DNA of 64,000 nucleotides from Myxococcota bacterium. Lineage in GTDB: Bacteria; Myxococcota_A; UBA796; CAJQPC01. A program made the position numbers and the translations under genes. The stretch covers positions 1-64,000 of the forward strand of contig JAZAMN010000032.1 of NCBI GenBank assembly GCA_036229005.1. Direction: 5' to 3'. Of this stretch, positions 19,953 through 30,343 are shown one piece after another; positions within the stretch are counted from its first letter, which is position 1, and every line of letters starts with the position of its first letter. Below the pieces are notes generated by a model. That model saw only the letters and a program-made list of their open reading frames with translations, was not told the origin of the DNA and searched no databases.

Positions 19953-20771
19953 GTGATCTGGCTCCTGGTCGGCTGCGTGTCCCCCGACCCCGCCCTGGCG
20001 CTCTGCGCCTTGTCTCCCGGGCTGCACGAGGGACCGGAGCGCACGCAGATCCTGGCCCACCTCCTGCGCCCCGATGTCCTCGCTGGCATGCAGAGCGCAA
20101 CCCCGACCGCCGGCGAGGACAGACTGACCGCGGTGGACCGCAGCCGTCTGGAGGCCGAGACCCGCTGCTCCCTCTCCCACTTCGACCGTCGCAGCGGCGA
20201 GATCGAGCTGGAGCGCACCCGCCCCGCGATCCTGGAGGGCGGCACCCTGCACGGCGAGCGCCACGACACTCTGCGCTGGACCCTGCGCGACGGACGGGTG
20301 GGCTGGGACCACGAGCAGGCACTGTCCCTGCGCGCCCAGGCCCAACAGGAGCCCGACCTGGAGGCCGCCGCGGAGCTGTGGGTCCGCACCCAGCGAATCG
20401 TGGGCGACCCCACCCTGGACGTGGACATCGCCCTGGCCGAGAAGGCCGCCCTGCAGGAGCGCACCCGCCTACAGGTCACCAACACCTTCCACCTGCGCCA
20501 GGGCCAGACCGTGCACGCCGAGCTGGTCAACAACAGCGACCAGGACCTGGGCGGCGCCATCGTGCTCATCCGCTACAGCGAGCAGGCCAAGGCCCCCAAG
20601 CGCCCCATGGCCCCCCCGGGCGTGAAGCTGCCCATGGTGCCCTCGCAGAGCGGCCAGCAGCACCAGATCCTGGGCCCGGTGGACGCGGGAGGGCGCCTGT
20701 CGTACACCTTCACCCTGCCCCCCGACGTGGGGCGCTTCTCCCTGACCACGCAAGAGGTCCGGATCCGGTGA
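19953..20771 (+). CDS. Hypothetical lipoprotein
   Basis: GTG start after GAGG; MIWLLVGC; consistent codon usage; stop overlaps the next start. Confidence 0.65.
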   Translation: MIWLLVGCVSPDPALALCALSPGLHEGPERTQILAHLLRPDVLAGMQSATPTAGEDRLTAVDRSRLEAETRCSLSHFDRRSGEIELERTRPAILEGGTLHGERHDTLRWTLRDGRVGWDHEQALSLRAQAQQEPDLEAAAELWVRTQRIVGDPTLDVDIALAEKAALQERTRLQVTNTFHLRQGQTVHAELVNNSDQDLGGAIVLIRYSEQAKAPKRPMAPPGVKLPMVPSQSGQQHQILGPVDAGGRLSYTFTLPPDVGRFSLTTQEVRIR

Positions 20772-21682
20772 TCCCTCTGCTCCTGATGGCCTGCGCGGCC
20801 CCCCTCTCCCCCGAAACCCTGGCGCTGCGCACCTGCGATGCCATGCCCGGTTTGAGCGTCGACTCCGCGGGCCTGGCCCAGCTCCAGGGCGTGCTGGACC
20901 CCGCCGAGCTGTCGCTGCTCTCCCAGAACCGGGCCAGCGGCGTGGGCTTTGAGCGCATCGGCACCTCCGGCTACGGCGTGATCCGCGCGAACACCGCCTG
21001 CGCCGTGATCTCCGCCGACCGCCAGGGCGCGCGCGTGCGCCGCGAGACCCCCGACATCCGCGCCATGGACCCCTGGGTCAAGGACGAGGTCTGGGAGCTT
21101 CCCCCGCGCCTCCAGGAGCTGGAGTACCGCTACATCGAGACCCCCCAGGGCCTGCGCACCCACCTGGGGCTGGCCGAACACCAGGCCCGCGCAGAGCAGC
21201 TCAGGCAGCAGGCGCAGACCGACCCCCAGGGCGCCATCGCCGGGTGGGAGGCCCTGGACGCCGAGCTCGCCGACCCCATGATCCACTTCGAGATCCAGGC
21301 CATCCAGCGCCAGCAGGCGCGCCGGGCGCAGGACCGGCCTCTGAGCGGTCCCCAGGGCGAGAGCACTCTGCTGGCGCAGGCCGGGGCGGGCTTCACCCTG
21401 ATCCTCTTGACCGGGGACGAGGAGGAGTGCAGCGGCTGTCAGGAGCTGGAGGCCCACCTCCCCGAGCTGCTGGGCGCCCGCGCAACCCTGCTGCACCTGC
21501 ACGCCGGCGAGGTCACCCCGGCGTCGGCCTGGACCGCGCCCCCAGGCTGGCTGGAGCCCCCCGTGCTGCCGCACCTGGTGCTCCTGGACGAGACCCTGGC
21601 CCCCACCTGGAAGTGGTCGGGCTACGCCCCCCAGGACCGCGCTGAGCTGCGCGCGGCCCTGGAGGACGCCACCACGCCCTGA
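20768..21682 (+). CDS. Hypothetical lipoprotein with a thioredoxin-like C-terminus
   Basis: MIPLLLMAC; CSGC motif followed by LPHLVLLD...W.G. Confidence 0.6.
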   Translation: MIPLLLMACAAPLSPETLALRTCDAMPGLSVDSAGLAQLQGVLDPAELSLLSQNRASGVGFERIGTSGYGVIRANTACAVISADRQGARVRRETPDIRAMDPWVKDEVWELPPRLQELEYRYIETPQGLRTHLGLAEHQARAEQLRQQAQTDPQGAIAGWEALDAELADPMIHFEIQAIQRQQARRAQDRPLSGPQGESTLLAQAGAGFTLILLTGDEEECSGCQELEAHLPELLGARATLLHLHAGEVTPASAWTAPPGWLEPPVLPHLVLLDETLAPTWKWSGYAPQDRAELRAALEDATTP

Positions 21683-21685
21683 GAA

Positions 21686-23179
21686 TCAGGCGGCGGCCGT
21701 GGAGAACAGCTTCTCCAGGTCCAGGCTCATCACCAGCAGGGTGGCCTGGGTGGACCGGTCCTCGATGCTCACGATGCTCGTGACGTCCTGAGCCAGGGAG
21801 GCCCGGTGCGCCTTGCCCTTCCAGGCCATGTCCGCGGGCACGTCGTAGGCGTCCGCCGGCACGTCGTGGAAGATCCCGGAGAGCCCGTCCACCAGCACGC
21901 CGTGTCGGCCGGCCTTGAGCTCCACCACCACCACGCGCTGGTCATGCGGACCCTCCACACTCTCCATGCCGTAGCGGGAGGCCAGATCCAGCACGGGGAG
22001 CACCTCGCCGCGCAGGCGCATGAGCCCCATGAAGGAGCCTCCCGCGCCCGGGGGACGGAGCAGCTCGGGGTCCGACGGGCGAGGCCGGATCTCGCGGACC
22101 GAGGTCAGCGGGAAGCCGTAGTCGTCACCGCCCACCTTCACGACCAGGAAGCCGCTGGGGGAGCCGTGCACCGTGTCGGGGGCCAGGTCCTCGGTCTTCT
22201 CTTCGGAGGAGACCACCGAGAGCAGCTCCCGGGCGTTGCTCTGGGGCAGCGACTGGTTGGCGCCCAGCTTGGCCATCAGGTCCTTCATCTCCAGGAAGAG
22301 CAGGTCGTCGCCCTTGTCGTTGCGCAGCACCCGGGTGGTGAAGCGGCCGCACTCGAACTGATTCAGCAGCGGCAGCGCCTGCAGGTTCTCCTCGTAGATG
22401 TCAGCGACATCCTCGACCCGGTCCACCAACACGGCGCAGACGGTGCTCCCGTCGTGCACGAACAGCAGGCGCCACCCCTCGGAGATCTTGCCTTGGCGAC
22501 CAAAGACCGCGCCCAGATCCAGCACCGGGACGCTGTAGTCGCGGATGGAGACCAGGCCCACGCAGCCCTCGAAGTACCGGGGGGTGGGGCGGATCTCCAG
22601 GTCCTGGTGGATCTCCAGCACCTCGTCCACGCGCATCCCTACCGGGACCCCGTTGACCCGCGCCAGGATGACCTTCATGGTGGGCCTGAAGGCCTCCTTG
22701 GCCCGCTCTCCTCCTTGACCCCGGGGGATGCGGTCCAGGTGGGCGATGCGCGCGGCGGAGAGGATCTGCACCAGGCGCTTGCCCTCTCCCAGACGCAGCA
22801 CGCCGGTCACCACACCGGAGGGATCGGCGTCGGAGTGCTCCAGGGGGAGCAGGTCCTTGGGGTCGACCTCGAGCACCTCTCCGGTGGACTCGAAGACCGC
22901 GCCGACCACGTGGGTGCCGCAGTCGACGATGGCCACGCGGTAGCTCAGGCTGTAGCCGGGCTCCGCGACCTGCAGCAGGGCGCCCACGTGGATGACCGGG
23001 ATGACCTCGCCGCGCAGGGACATCAGCCCGAGCACGTAGCCAGGGGTCAGCGGCAGCGGGATGAGGTTGTTCTCCAGGGGGACGACCTCCCGGATCTCCT
23101 CGGCGGCCAGCGTGAACTCATGCTCCCCCAGCACAAAGGTGCCGTAGGTGCGCTCGGTCGCGTTGCTGATGGGGTTCAT
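21686..23179 (-). CDS. cheW: Triple-domain CheW coupling protein
   Basis: Three CheW modules: GLMSLRGEVIPV, GLVSIRDYSVPV and GLMRLRGEVLPV. Confidence 0.9.
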   Translation of the reverse strand: MNPISNATERTYGTFVLGEHEFTLAAEEIREVVPLENNLIPLPLTPGYVLGLMSLRGEVIPVIHVGALLQVAEPGYSLSYRVAIVDCGTHVVGAVFESTGEVLEVDPKDLLPLEHSDADPSGVVTGVLRLGEGKRLVQILSAARIAHLDRIPRGQGGERAKEAFRPTMKVILARVNGVPVGMRVDEVLEIHQDLEIRPTPRYFEGCVGLVSIRDYSVPVLDLGAVFGRQGKISEGWRLLFVHDGSTVCAVLVDRVEDVADIYEENLQALPLLNQFECGRFTTRVLRNDKGDDLLFLEMKDLMAKLGANQSLPQSNARELLSVVSSEEKTEDLAPDTVHGSPSGFLVVKVGGDDYGFPLTSVREIRPRPSDPELLRPPGAGGSFMGLMRLRGEVLPVLDLASRYGMESVEGPHDQRVVVVELKAGRHGVLVDGLSGIFHDVPADAYDVPADMAWKGKAHRASLAQDVTSIVSIEDRSTQATLLVMSLDLEKLFSTAAA

Positions 23180-23673
23180 CGCAGCACCCTCCAGACGATC
23201 TCGCGGTGACCCTGGGGGCCATCCATCTGAATGACAGTGACCAGACCGGTCTTGGCATCCACCCGCATCCGCCGCGCGGTCTGACCGCCCACGTCCCGGG
23301 CGCGGATGCGGACCCCGAGCTCGCGGAGGGCGCCGACCCCGGCCTTGACGTTGGAGGCGCCGACGCCCTGGCGGGAGCCCTCGAAGAGCTCCGCTCCGCC
23401 CGCCAGGCAGGCCCGGACCTCGGAGCGGCGCTCGGGGGGGACCCCCATGCGCTTGAGCAGAAAGCGCGGCGCGGTGTCGGCGTAGCGGTAGTAGCGGGTG
23501 TCGCCCGGATCCCGGTCTCGGGAAGGAAGCAGGCAGTGCGCCAGACCGAAGCGGCCCTCCTCCGGCCAGGACAGGGCGATGCCCAGGCAGGAGCCCAGGT
23601 TGGACTCTGCGACCTTGGGGGCCAGGAAGATCAGGCCCCTGCCGATGGTGACGGCTTCGATTGCGGCGATCAT
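23176..23673 (-). CDS. cheD: Chemoreceptor glutamine deamidase CheD
   Basis: LGSCLGIAL, GLAHCLLP, AGGAELF, VG..N and DVGG...R motifs. Confidence 0.88.
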   Translation of the reverse strand: MIAAIEAVTIGRGLIFLAPKVAESNLGSCLGIALSWPEEGRFGLAHCLLPSRDRDPGDTRYYRYADTAPRFLLKRMGVPPERRSEVRACLAGGAELFEGSRQGVGASNVKAGVGALRELGVRIRARDVGGQTARRMRVDAKTGLVTVIQMDGPQGHREIVWRVLR

Positions 23674-24494
23674 GCGGCTGCCTTGTAGATGCAGTGGTTC
23701 AGGAGCTCGAGCCCCTCCTCGTCCTCCTCCAGCAGCGACTCCGACTCCCCGATGATCAACAGACCGCCGGGGGCCAGCGCCCGCTTGGCGTTGCGGATCA
23801 CCTTGCTCTTGTCCGCGGGGGAGAAGTAGATGATCACGTTCCGCAGGAAGATGAGGTCGAAGCCGGAGCCAGGGGCGGGCTTGAGCAGGTTGTGGCGCCG
23901 GGTCATGATGCCGGCGCGCTGCTCGCGCTTGAGCTGCATCTCCGGGTCGCCGGGCTGGCCGTCGAAGTAGCTGGTCACCGAGAGGCCGGGGAAGCGCCTG
24001 GCCCCGTCGGTCACCACCTTGCGGTCGAAGCGGCCCTCCGCGGTGGCCTGCACCATCCCAGGGCTGACGTCGGAGGCGAGCACCGACCAGCGGAAGCCAG
24101 GGGTCTGGCGCTGCTGGTGGCTGCAGACCACCGCCAGGGAGGCGGGCTCCTGCCCCGTGGAGGAGGCGCCGGACCAGATCCGAGCGCTCCCCTTGTTGGC
24201 CGCCAGCTCCGGCAGGACCTCCTCGGTCATGGTCCGCCACACGCTGGTGGTGCGGAACATGGAGGTCTTGTGGGTGGTGACCTTGTCCACGAAGGCGTCC
24301 TGGATCTTGCCGGGCTTGCGCACCTCCGCCAGGTACTCGTCCACCGTGCTCAGTCCGAGGCTCCTCATGTGCCGGCCCAGGCGGCCGCTGAGCATGACCT
24401 GCTTGCTGCGGTCCAGGGTGACTCCGGTCAGGCGGTAGACCTCATCGGAGAGGATGCGGAACTTGGCGTCGCTGAGTGTCTTGATGCTGGTCAT
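23670..24494 (-). CDS. cheR: Chemotaxis methyltransferase CheR
   Basis: TTHKTSMFR, IWSGASSTGQEP, FDLIFLRNVIIYF and IGESESL motifs. Confidence 0.92.
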   Translation of the reverse strand: MTSIKTLSDAKFRILSDEVYRLTGVTLDRSKQVMLSGRLGRHMRSLGLSTVDEYLAEVRKPGKIQDAFVDKVTTHKTSMFRTTSVWRTMTEEVLPELAANKGSARIWSGASSTGQEPASLAVVCSHQQRQTPGFRWSVLASDVSPGMVQATAEGRFDRKVVTDGARRFPGLSVTSYFDGQPGDPEMQLKREQRAGIMTRRHNLLKPAPGSGFDLIFLRNVIIYFSPADKSKVIRNAKRALAPGGLLIIGESESLLEEDEEGLELLNHCIYKAAA

Positions 24495-24496
24495 GA

Positions 24497-27073
24497 TCAG
24501 GTCTTGAAGCGGGACACGAGCTCAGCGAGCTCCTGCGCGCGGGACTGGAGGTCACGGGTGCTGCGGGAGATCTCCTCGGCCGAGTGGGCGCTGTTCTCGG
24601 TCTCCATGGAGACCGACTGGATGCCCGAGTTGACCTCGCGGGCGGCCAGGGACTGCTCCTCGGCGGCGGCGGCGATCATGGTGACCGACTGGTAGGTCTT
24701 GTCGACCGAGTTCACGATGGTCTCGAAGGCGTCGGAGGCCTTCTTGGACACCTCAGCGCCGTGCTGGGTCTTGCGGATCGAGGCCTGGATGAGCTTGGAG
24801 ATGTCCCGCGTGGCGGCGCTGGAGCGCTCCGCCAGCTTGCGCACCTCGTCGGCGACCACCGCGAAGCCCCGGCCGTGCTGTCCGGCCCGCGCGGCCTCGA
24901 TGGCGGCGTTGAAGGCCAGCAGGTTGGTCTGGGAGGCGATCTCGGAGATGACCGCGACGATCTCCCCGACCTCGTCGCTGGACTGGCTGATCTCCTTCAT
25001 CGCGGCCAGGGACTCGCCGATGGCGTCCGTGCCCACCTTTGCCTGGGAGGCGGCCTCCTGGGCCAGCACGTTGGCGGCGGTGGACCCCTCGGCGATGGAC
25101 GCGATGGAGGCCGAGAGCTCCTCGACGTTCGCGCTCATCTCCTCGGAGGTCGCGCCCAGGCGCTCGGCCTGGCGGGCCACCTGCGTGGACCGGTCCGTGA
25201 TGGCGTTGGTCTGCTTGGCGACGGCATCGGCCGTCTCGACCACCTGGGAGACCACGGCTCGCAGCTCGCCGATCATGGTGTTGATGCCCCGAGCCAGCAC
25301 CGCCAGGGCGTCGGCGTCGGTGTCGTTGACCGTGACCTGTCCAGTCAGGTCGCCGCGCCCACCAGCGTCCACGACCTTCATGATGGAGCCGATGCGGGCC
25401 TGCAGGTCGTCGAACATCTGGTTCAAGCCGTCGACGAGCTGACTGATCAGCGGATGATCGTCGGGGTTGGTGGCCACGCGCTGGTCCAGCTCCCCGCGGG
25501 CGCCGGCGGCGACGACGACCAGGATCTCCATCACGCGGGCCTGGATGGCCTCGGCCTCGGCGGCCTCCTTGGCGGCCTTGGCGGCAGCGGCCTGCTCGGC
25601 CTTGACCTGGTCGGTGATGTCGGTGGCGAACTTGACGACCTTGTAGGGCTTGCCCTCGCCGTCCAGGATGGGGTTGTAGGAGGCCTGGATCCAGATCTCC
25701 TCCCCGCTCTTGCCGAAGCGCTTGTAGCGCCCGGAGCTGGGCTCACCGCTGCCGAGCTGCGCCCAGAAGGCCCGGTACTCGGGGCTCTTGGTGTAGCTGG
25801 ACTCGCAGAACATGCGGTGGTGCTGACCCACCAGCTCCCGCTCGGAGTACCCCACGGCCCCGCAGAAGTTGTCGTTGGCCCGCAGGATGTTGCCCTGCAG
25901 GTCGAACTCGATGACCGCCTGCACACGCTCGATGGCGGTGACCTTACCGCTCCAGTCCGCCTCCTGGCGCACCTGCTCGGTGATGTCGGTTGCGAACTTC
26001 ACCACCTTGTAGGGGGTGCCGTCCTCGCCCAGGATGGGGTTGTAGGAGGCCTGGATCCAGATCTCCTCGCCGCTCTTGCCAAAGCGCTTGTAGCGCCCGG
26101 AGTCCGGCTCGCCCGCGGCCAGGTTGGCCCAGAAGGCCTTGTACTGCGGGCTGGCGGTGTACTTGGGGTCGCAGAAGATGCGGTGGTGCTGGCCGACGAT
26201 CTCGCGCTCGCTGTACCCAACGGCGCCACAGAAGTTGTCGTTGGCCCGCAGGATGTTGCCCTGCAGGTCGAACTCGATCACGGCCTGCGTCCGCTCGATG
26301 GCGTTGACCTTGCCGCTGCGATCGCTCTCCTGCCGCACCTGCTCGGTGATGTCCGTGGCGAACTTGACCACGCGCACAACCTGCCCCTGGCCGTCAAAGA
26401 TGGGGTTGTAGGAGGCCTGGATCCAGATCTCCTCACCGCTCTTGGTGAAGCGCTTGAAGCGCTCGGAGTGGAACTGCCCGGAGGCCAGCTCCTGCCAGAA
26501 CTTCCGATACGCTGGGGAGTTGGCGTACGCGGGCTCGCAGAAGATGCGGTGGTGCTGCCCCTTGATCTCGCGCTCGCTGTAGCCGACCGCGCCACAGAAG
26601 TTCTCGTTGGCCCCGCAGATGGTGCCGTCGGGCTTGAAGTGGATGACCGCCTGGGAGCGGGAGATCGCCTCGACCAGGCCCTTGTTCAGGGCGCCAGCCT
26701 TCCAGGACTCGGTCACGTCCATTCCGACAAAGATGACCTCGCCGGTGGACGCCGTCATGAAGGTGCCCTGGACATAGGCAGGCTCAGCGGTGTGGGTGTC
26801 GATGGAGAACACCCCGCTGTCCTCCTCCCCCGAGACCACCCGGCGCCAGAGGGCCTTCTGGCTCAGATCGGCGACGCTGTCGCTGCGGACCAGCTCGGAG
26901 AAGCTCTTGCCCACAATCTGCGAGGGCGCCTGACCGAAGAGCGCTCCGGCGCGCTCGTTCGCCCCCACGACCTTCCCATCCTGGGAGAAGCTGAGAACAA
27001 CCTGGGACTTGTGAACCGCCTCCTCGAAAGGAGAGGGGGACTCGGCACTGGCCACACGTGCGGCATTGGACAT
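24497..27073 (-). CDS. Cytoplasmic methyl-accepting chemotaxis protein with 4 PAS and HAMP-like domains
   Basis: No TM segments; repeated PAS/PAC units (WIQASYNPI...VVKFATDIT); signalling tip [35 protein letters not shown]. Confidence 0.94.
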   Translation of the reverse strand: MSNAARVASAESPSPFEEAVHKSQVVLSFSQDGKVVGANERAGALFGQAPSQIVGKSFSELVRSDSVADLSQKALWRRVVSGEEDSGVFSIDTHTAEPAYVQGTFMTASTGEVIFVGMDVTESWKAGALNKGLVEAISRSQAVIHFKPDGTICGANENFCGAVGYSEREIKGQHHRIFCEPAYANSPAYRKFWQELASGQFHSERFKRFTKSGEEIWIQASYNPIFDGQGQVVRVVKFATDITEQVRQESDRSGKVNAIERTQAVIEFDLQGNILRANDNFCGAVGYSEREIVGQHHRIFCDPKYTASPQYKAFWANLAAGEPDSGRYKRFGKSGEEIWIQASYNPILGEDGTPYKVVKFATDITEQVRQEADWSGKVTAIERVQAVIEFDLQGNILRANDNFCGAVGYSERELVGQHHRMFCESSYTKSPEYRAFWAQLGSGEPSSGRYKRFGKSGEEIWIQASYNPILDGEGKPYKVVKFATDITDQVKAEQAAAAKAAKEAAEAEAIQARVMEILVVVAAGARGELDQRVATNPDDHPLISQLVDGLNQMFDDLQARIGSIMKVVDAGGRGDLTGQVTVNDTDADALAVLARGINTMIGELRAVVSQVVETADAVAKQTNAITDRSTQVARQAERLGATSEEMSANVEELSASIASIAEGSTAANVLAQEAASQAKVGTDAIGESLAAMKEISQSSDEVGEIVAVISEIASQTNLLAFNAAIEAARAGQHGRGFAVVADEVRKLAERSSAATRDISKLIQASIRKTQHGAEVSKKASDAFETIVNSVDKTYQSVTMIAAAAEEQSLAAREVNSGIQSVSMETENSAHSAEEISRSTRDLQSRAQELAELVSRFKT
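25610..26700 (-). repeat. Three tandem, highly similar PAS-coding repeats (366-bp period) within the MCP gene
   Basis: GGGGTTGTAGGAGGCCTGGATCCAGATCTCCTC recurs at about 25670, 26036 and 26402. Confidence 0.85.
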
Positions 27074-27118
27074 GGAAACCTCCTACAGCTTCCACATCGA
27101 ACCGAACGCGATTTTCGT

Positions 27119-28522
27119 TTAGGGGTGATCGCCCGCAGCCGGGGTCTCCGGGAAGGCGACATCGATCTCAAGCGGCCGCTGCTGCGTCCGACTCAGCTCG
27201 ACGCTCTCCAGCGCAGGCGCCCACAGCAAGACCCCCTTGGCGTCGGCGTCCTGGCCGTAGGGCTGCCCCAGCATCGGATCCACCGCGCAGCTCCCTCCGG
27301 GCTCTCCAGCGCGGGCGCGGGCGGCGGTGGCCAGCAGGCAGACCCGGCTGTTGATCAGTCCAAGCTCCAGGTTCCACCGCTGCATCAGCTCCAGTCGGGA
27401 GATGAGGCCGTTGGCGACCATGCCTTGGAGCTCAGCGCGGGTGCCTTCACCGCTCACACTCAGCTCCGCCAGCGCCTCTGACAGCATCGTCTCATTGGCG
27501 AGGTACTGCGATCCCAGACCCCGCTCCAGCGTGTACCAGGTGGGGAAGTGCTGGTCCTCCAGGTACCCGGACACCACCGGCCCCGCGACCTTGGGGAGCT
27601 CCCAGGCCTCGGGGTTCCAGGCGGGCCCATCCGGCGCGTACAGCAGCGGCGCCTGCTCCAGCGCCTTGGCCTTGGGTCGCGTGGCCGACCAGATCATGGC
27701 CGTGGTCTCCAGGAAGTCGACCTGCACCACCGCCCCCAGATCCACCGGCTGCGCGGCGACCGCCTCCAGCTCCTGGGCGATCCGCAGCGCCAGGGCGGGG
27801 TCCAGGGTGGGGTCGCTCACCACGCGATGCAGCAGCTCCAGCGCCTGCTCCTGAGTGGACAGTGACACCCGCAGGTCCCGCCCGTCCACGCCCTGCCCCA
27901 GATCCCGCCCGTAGCGCAGCACCACCAGCGCCCGCTCCGCCAGCACCTTGGGATCCTGGCGCCCCCCGCTCAGCCAAGCGTCCGCGAGCGCCACCTGGCC
28001 CAGGACCAGGAAGTCCACCGACGGCCGCCCGATGTCCCCCTGCACCCGCCAGGCCTCGTAGGGGGCCAGGGGGCTGAGCAGCTCCTGGCGCGTGCTCCCC
28101 TCGATCAGGTGGGGGATGGCTGCCTGGCAGCGCTGGATCAGCGCGCAGCCCTGGTCCTGCATCACCGCCATCAGAGGGTCGTCCGGGGTCCCGCCGATCG
28201 CCTCGCAGCTTGGCGGCAGCGGCGTCCGGCGCCCCCGCTTGCTCTGCCCCGACCGCAGCGAGCGCAGCGCCGACGAGAGCTGCCGAGCCCCCCGGTCCCG
28301 CTCCTTGCCCAAGCCCAGGCCCTGAACCGGCAGGCAGGCGTCCCAGGCGGACTGGTACGAATGCGCCGAACGGCCCTCCGTGTGTCCGCTTCCCGTCCGC
28401 TGAACAGACAGGCTCTGGGCGGCTGCGGCCTGCTCGATGTAGAAGCGCTCCTGCTTTCGCTTGCTCCCAAAACCGGTGTCCGCCGCCAGGAACCAGAGGA
28501 ACGAGATTGTGAGGGGGGTCAT
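27119..28522 (-). CDS. Hypothetical exported protein
   Basis: Long ORF with typical codon bias and a hydrophobic N-terminus (MTPLTISFLWFLAA); no family recognised. Confidence 0.65.
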   Translation of the reverse strand: MTPLTISFLWFLAADTGFGSKRKQERFYIEQAAAAQSLSVQRTGSGHTEGRSAHSYQSAWDACLPVQGLGLGKERDRGARQLSSALRSLRSGQSKRGRRTPLPPSCEAIGGTPDDPLMAVMQDQGCALIQRCQAAIPHLIEGSTRQELLSPLAPYEAWRVQGDIGRPSVDFLVLGQVALADAWLSGGRQDPKVLAERALVVLRYGRDLGQGVDGRDLRVSLSTQEQALELLHRVVSDPTLDPALALRIAQELEAVAAQPVDLGAVVQVDFLETTAMIWSATRPKAKALEQAPLLYAPDGPAWNPEAWELPKVAGPVVSGYLEDQHFPTWYTLERGLGSQYLANETMLSEALAELSVSGEGTRAELQGMVANGLISRLELMQRWNLELGLINSRVCLLATAARARAGEPGGSCAVDPMLGQPYGQDADAKGVLLWAPALESVELSRTQQRPLEIDVAFPETPAAGDHP

Positions 28523-28643
28523 TGGGGGCCTCCAACGCATCCTCCCATACCCCGCGGCGGCGGGCTTCATTCAACGCGCAGAGCGGCCCGGGGCCTCAAT
28601 CGAGCCGCGATCGCCGCCGATTGGGGTGGGTGGGAGTGTGCGG

Positions 28644-30314
28644 ATGTTGGAATCGAGCGAGCGCTTCACGCGGCGCTTTCGCCTGTCCTTGTTGGGGCTG
28701 GCGATCATGACGGCCGGCTGCTTTGTGGCCCAGACCCACGCCATCTCACCGACCTCCGGTGACGCGGCGGCGGTGAACGTGGCCGGTCGCCAGCGCATGC
28801 TGAGCCAGCGGGTCGCCCTGCAGACCGCGGTGCTGGCCGACACCAGCCTGTCCCAACAGGAGCGCCGCCGGGCCGAGGGCAAGCTCGAAGCCGACCTCAC
28901 CGAGATGGCCCACGCCCTGGAGGGCCTGACCCAAGGCGACCCGGACATGGGCCTGGATGGCGAGCTGAGCCCCGCGCTGCGTACGCACTACTTTGGAGAG
29001 CCCGGCCACCTGAGCGGCCGCACCCAGGACTTCCTGGACAGGGCCCGAACGGTCCTGGACCGCTCCCGCGCCACCCAGACCGTCACGAACAGCGACCGCG
29101 TGCACGTGGTGGTCGGCGCCGAGCAGCTACTCCCCCCACTGGACGAGGCCGTCACCCTCTTCGAAGGCCAGGCCTCCAACAACGTCGAGTCCGCCGTGCG
29201 GACCACGGCGGTCCTGACCCTCAGCATGATGGTGGCCCTGTTCGCCCTGTGGCTGTGGATCTTCCGCCCGCTCGGACAGGCGCTCCGCGAGGAGGAGGCC
29301 CGGCGCGCCGCCGTCTCCGACCGGAAGGCCGCAGAGGAGCGCCAGCAGGGCTTCGCGCGCGAGGTCAGCAGCGCCCTGGAGGTCGTCGACAGCGAAGAGG
29401 AGCTGCTCTCCCTGCTGGAGCGGGCCATGGCCGACAGCGAGCCCCACCCCACCGAGCTGCTGCTGGCCGACTCCAGCCAGGCCCACATGCACCGCGTCGC
29501 CGTCCACCCCGAGGCCGGCGCGCCCGGCTGCGGCGTCGGCACCCCCCACGCCTGCCCCGCCGTCCGCCGCGGCCGCCCCCTGAGCTTCGAGAGCAGCCAG
29601 CGCCTGGACGCCTGCCCGCGCCTGAACGCCCGCGGCCCCTGCTCCGCGTTCTGCGCGCCGGTCACCTTCATGGGGCGCGCCCTGGGCGTGCTCCACGCCA
29701 CCGGCCCCGAGGGCCAGCCCCCCAGCCCCGCGTTCGCCCAGCGCACCGAGTTCCTGGCCGGCGCCATGGGGGCCCGCCTGGGCAGCATCCGCAGCCTGGA
29801 GCGCATCCAGCTTCAGGCCGCCACCGACCCCCTCACGGGCCTGCTCAACCGCCGGGCCCTGGAGACCGAGGTCCGCAAGGTGCAGCGCCGCTCCGGCGTC
29901 TACGCCGTCGCCATCGCCGACCTGGACCACTTCAAGCGCCTCAACGACACCCTGGGCCACGACGCGGGCGACCGCGCCCTGACCACCTACGCCAAGTGCG
30001 TGCAGGAGGTCGTCGGCGACCAGGGCTTCGTCTCCCGCTTCGGCGGCGAGGAGTTCGTGCTCGTCTTCCCCGACCACCACATGGAGGCCGCCGCCCGGAT
30101 CCTGGAGCAGGCCCGCGAGCGCCTGGCCACCATCACCGCGGGCGGGGACACGCCCTGCTTCACGGCGAGCTACGGCGTCGCCGACTCCCGCCACGCCGAC
30201 GACCTGGCGGGCATCATCTCCGTCGCGGACGCCGCCCTGCTGCGCGCGAAGGAGGCCGGTCGCGATCGCGTTCTCCTCGCCGATGCCCAGAGCGTGGAGC
30301 TGCACGCGGCCTGA
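28644..30314 (+). CDS. Diguanylate cyclase with a PilJ/NarX-like periplasmic sensor and a GAF-like domain
   Basis: VNVAGRQRMLSQR P-box-like motif, two TMs, TDPLTGLLNRR, DLDHFK..ND..GH and SRFGGEEF. No RxxD I-site. Confidence 0.9.
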   Translation: MLESSERFTRRFRLSLLGLAIMTAGCFVAQTHAISPTSGDAAAVNVAGRQRMLSQRVALQTAVLADTSLSQQERRRAEGKLEADLTEMAHALEGLTQGDPDMGLDGELSPALRTHYFGEPGHLSGRTQDFLDRARTVLDRSRATQTVTNSDRVHVVVGAEQLLPPLDEAVTLFEGQASNNVESAVRTTAVLTLSMMVALFALWLWIFRPLGQALREEEARRAAVSDRKAAEERQQGFAREVSSALEVVDSEEELLSLLERAMADSEPHPTELLLADSSQAHMHRVAVHPEAGAPGCGVGTPHACPAVRRGRPLSFESSQRLDACPRLNARGPCSAFCAPVTFMGRALGVLHATGPEGQPPSPAFAQRTEFLAGAMGARLGSIRSLERIQLQAATDPLTGLLNRRALETEVRKVQRRSGVYAVAIADLDHFKRLNDTLGHDAGDRALTTYAKCVQEVVGDQGFVSRFGGEEFVLVFPDHHMEAAARILEQARERLATITAGGDTPCFTASYGVADSRHADDLAGIISVADAALLRAKEAGRDRVLLADAQSVELHAA

Positions 30315-30343
30315 GATCCCCGGGCGGTGTACCCTCCTGCCGG

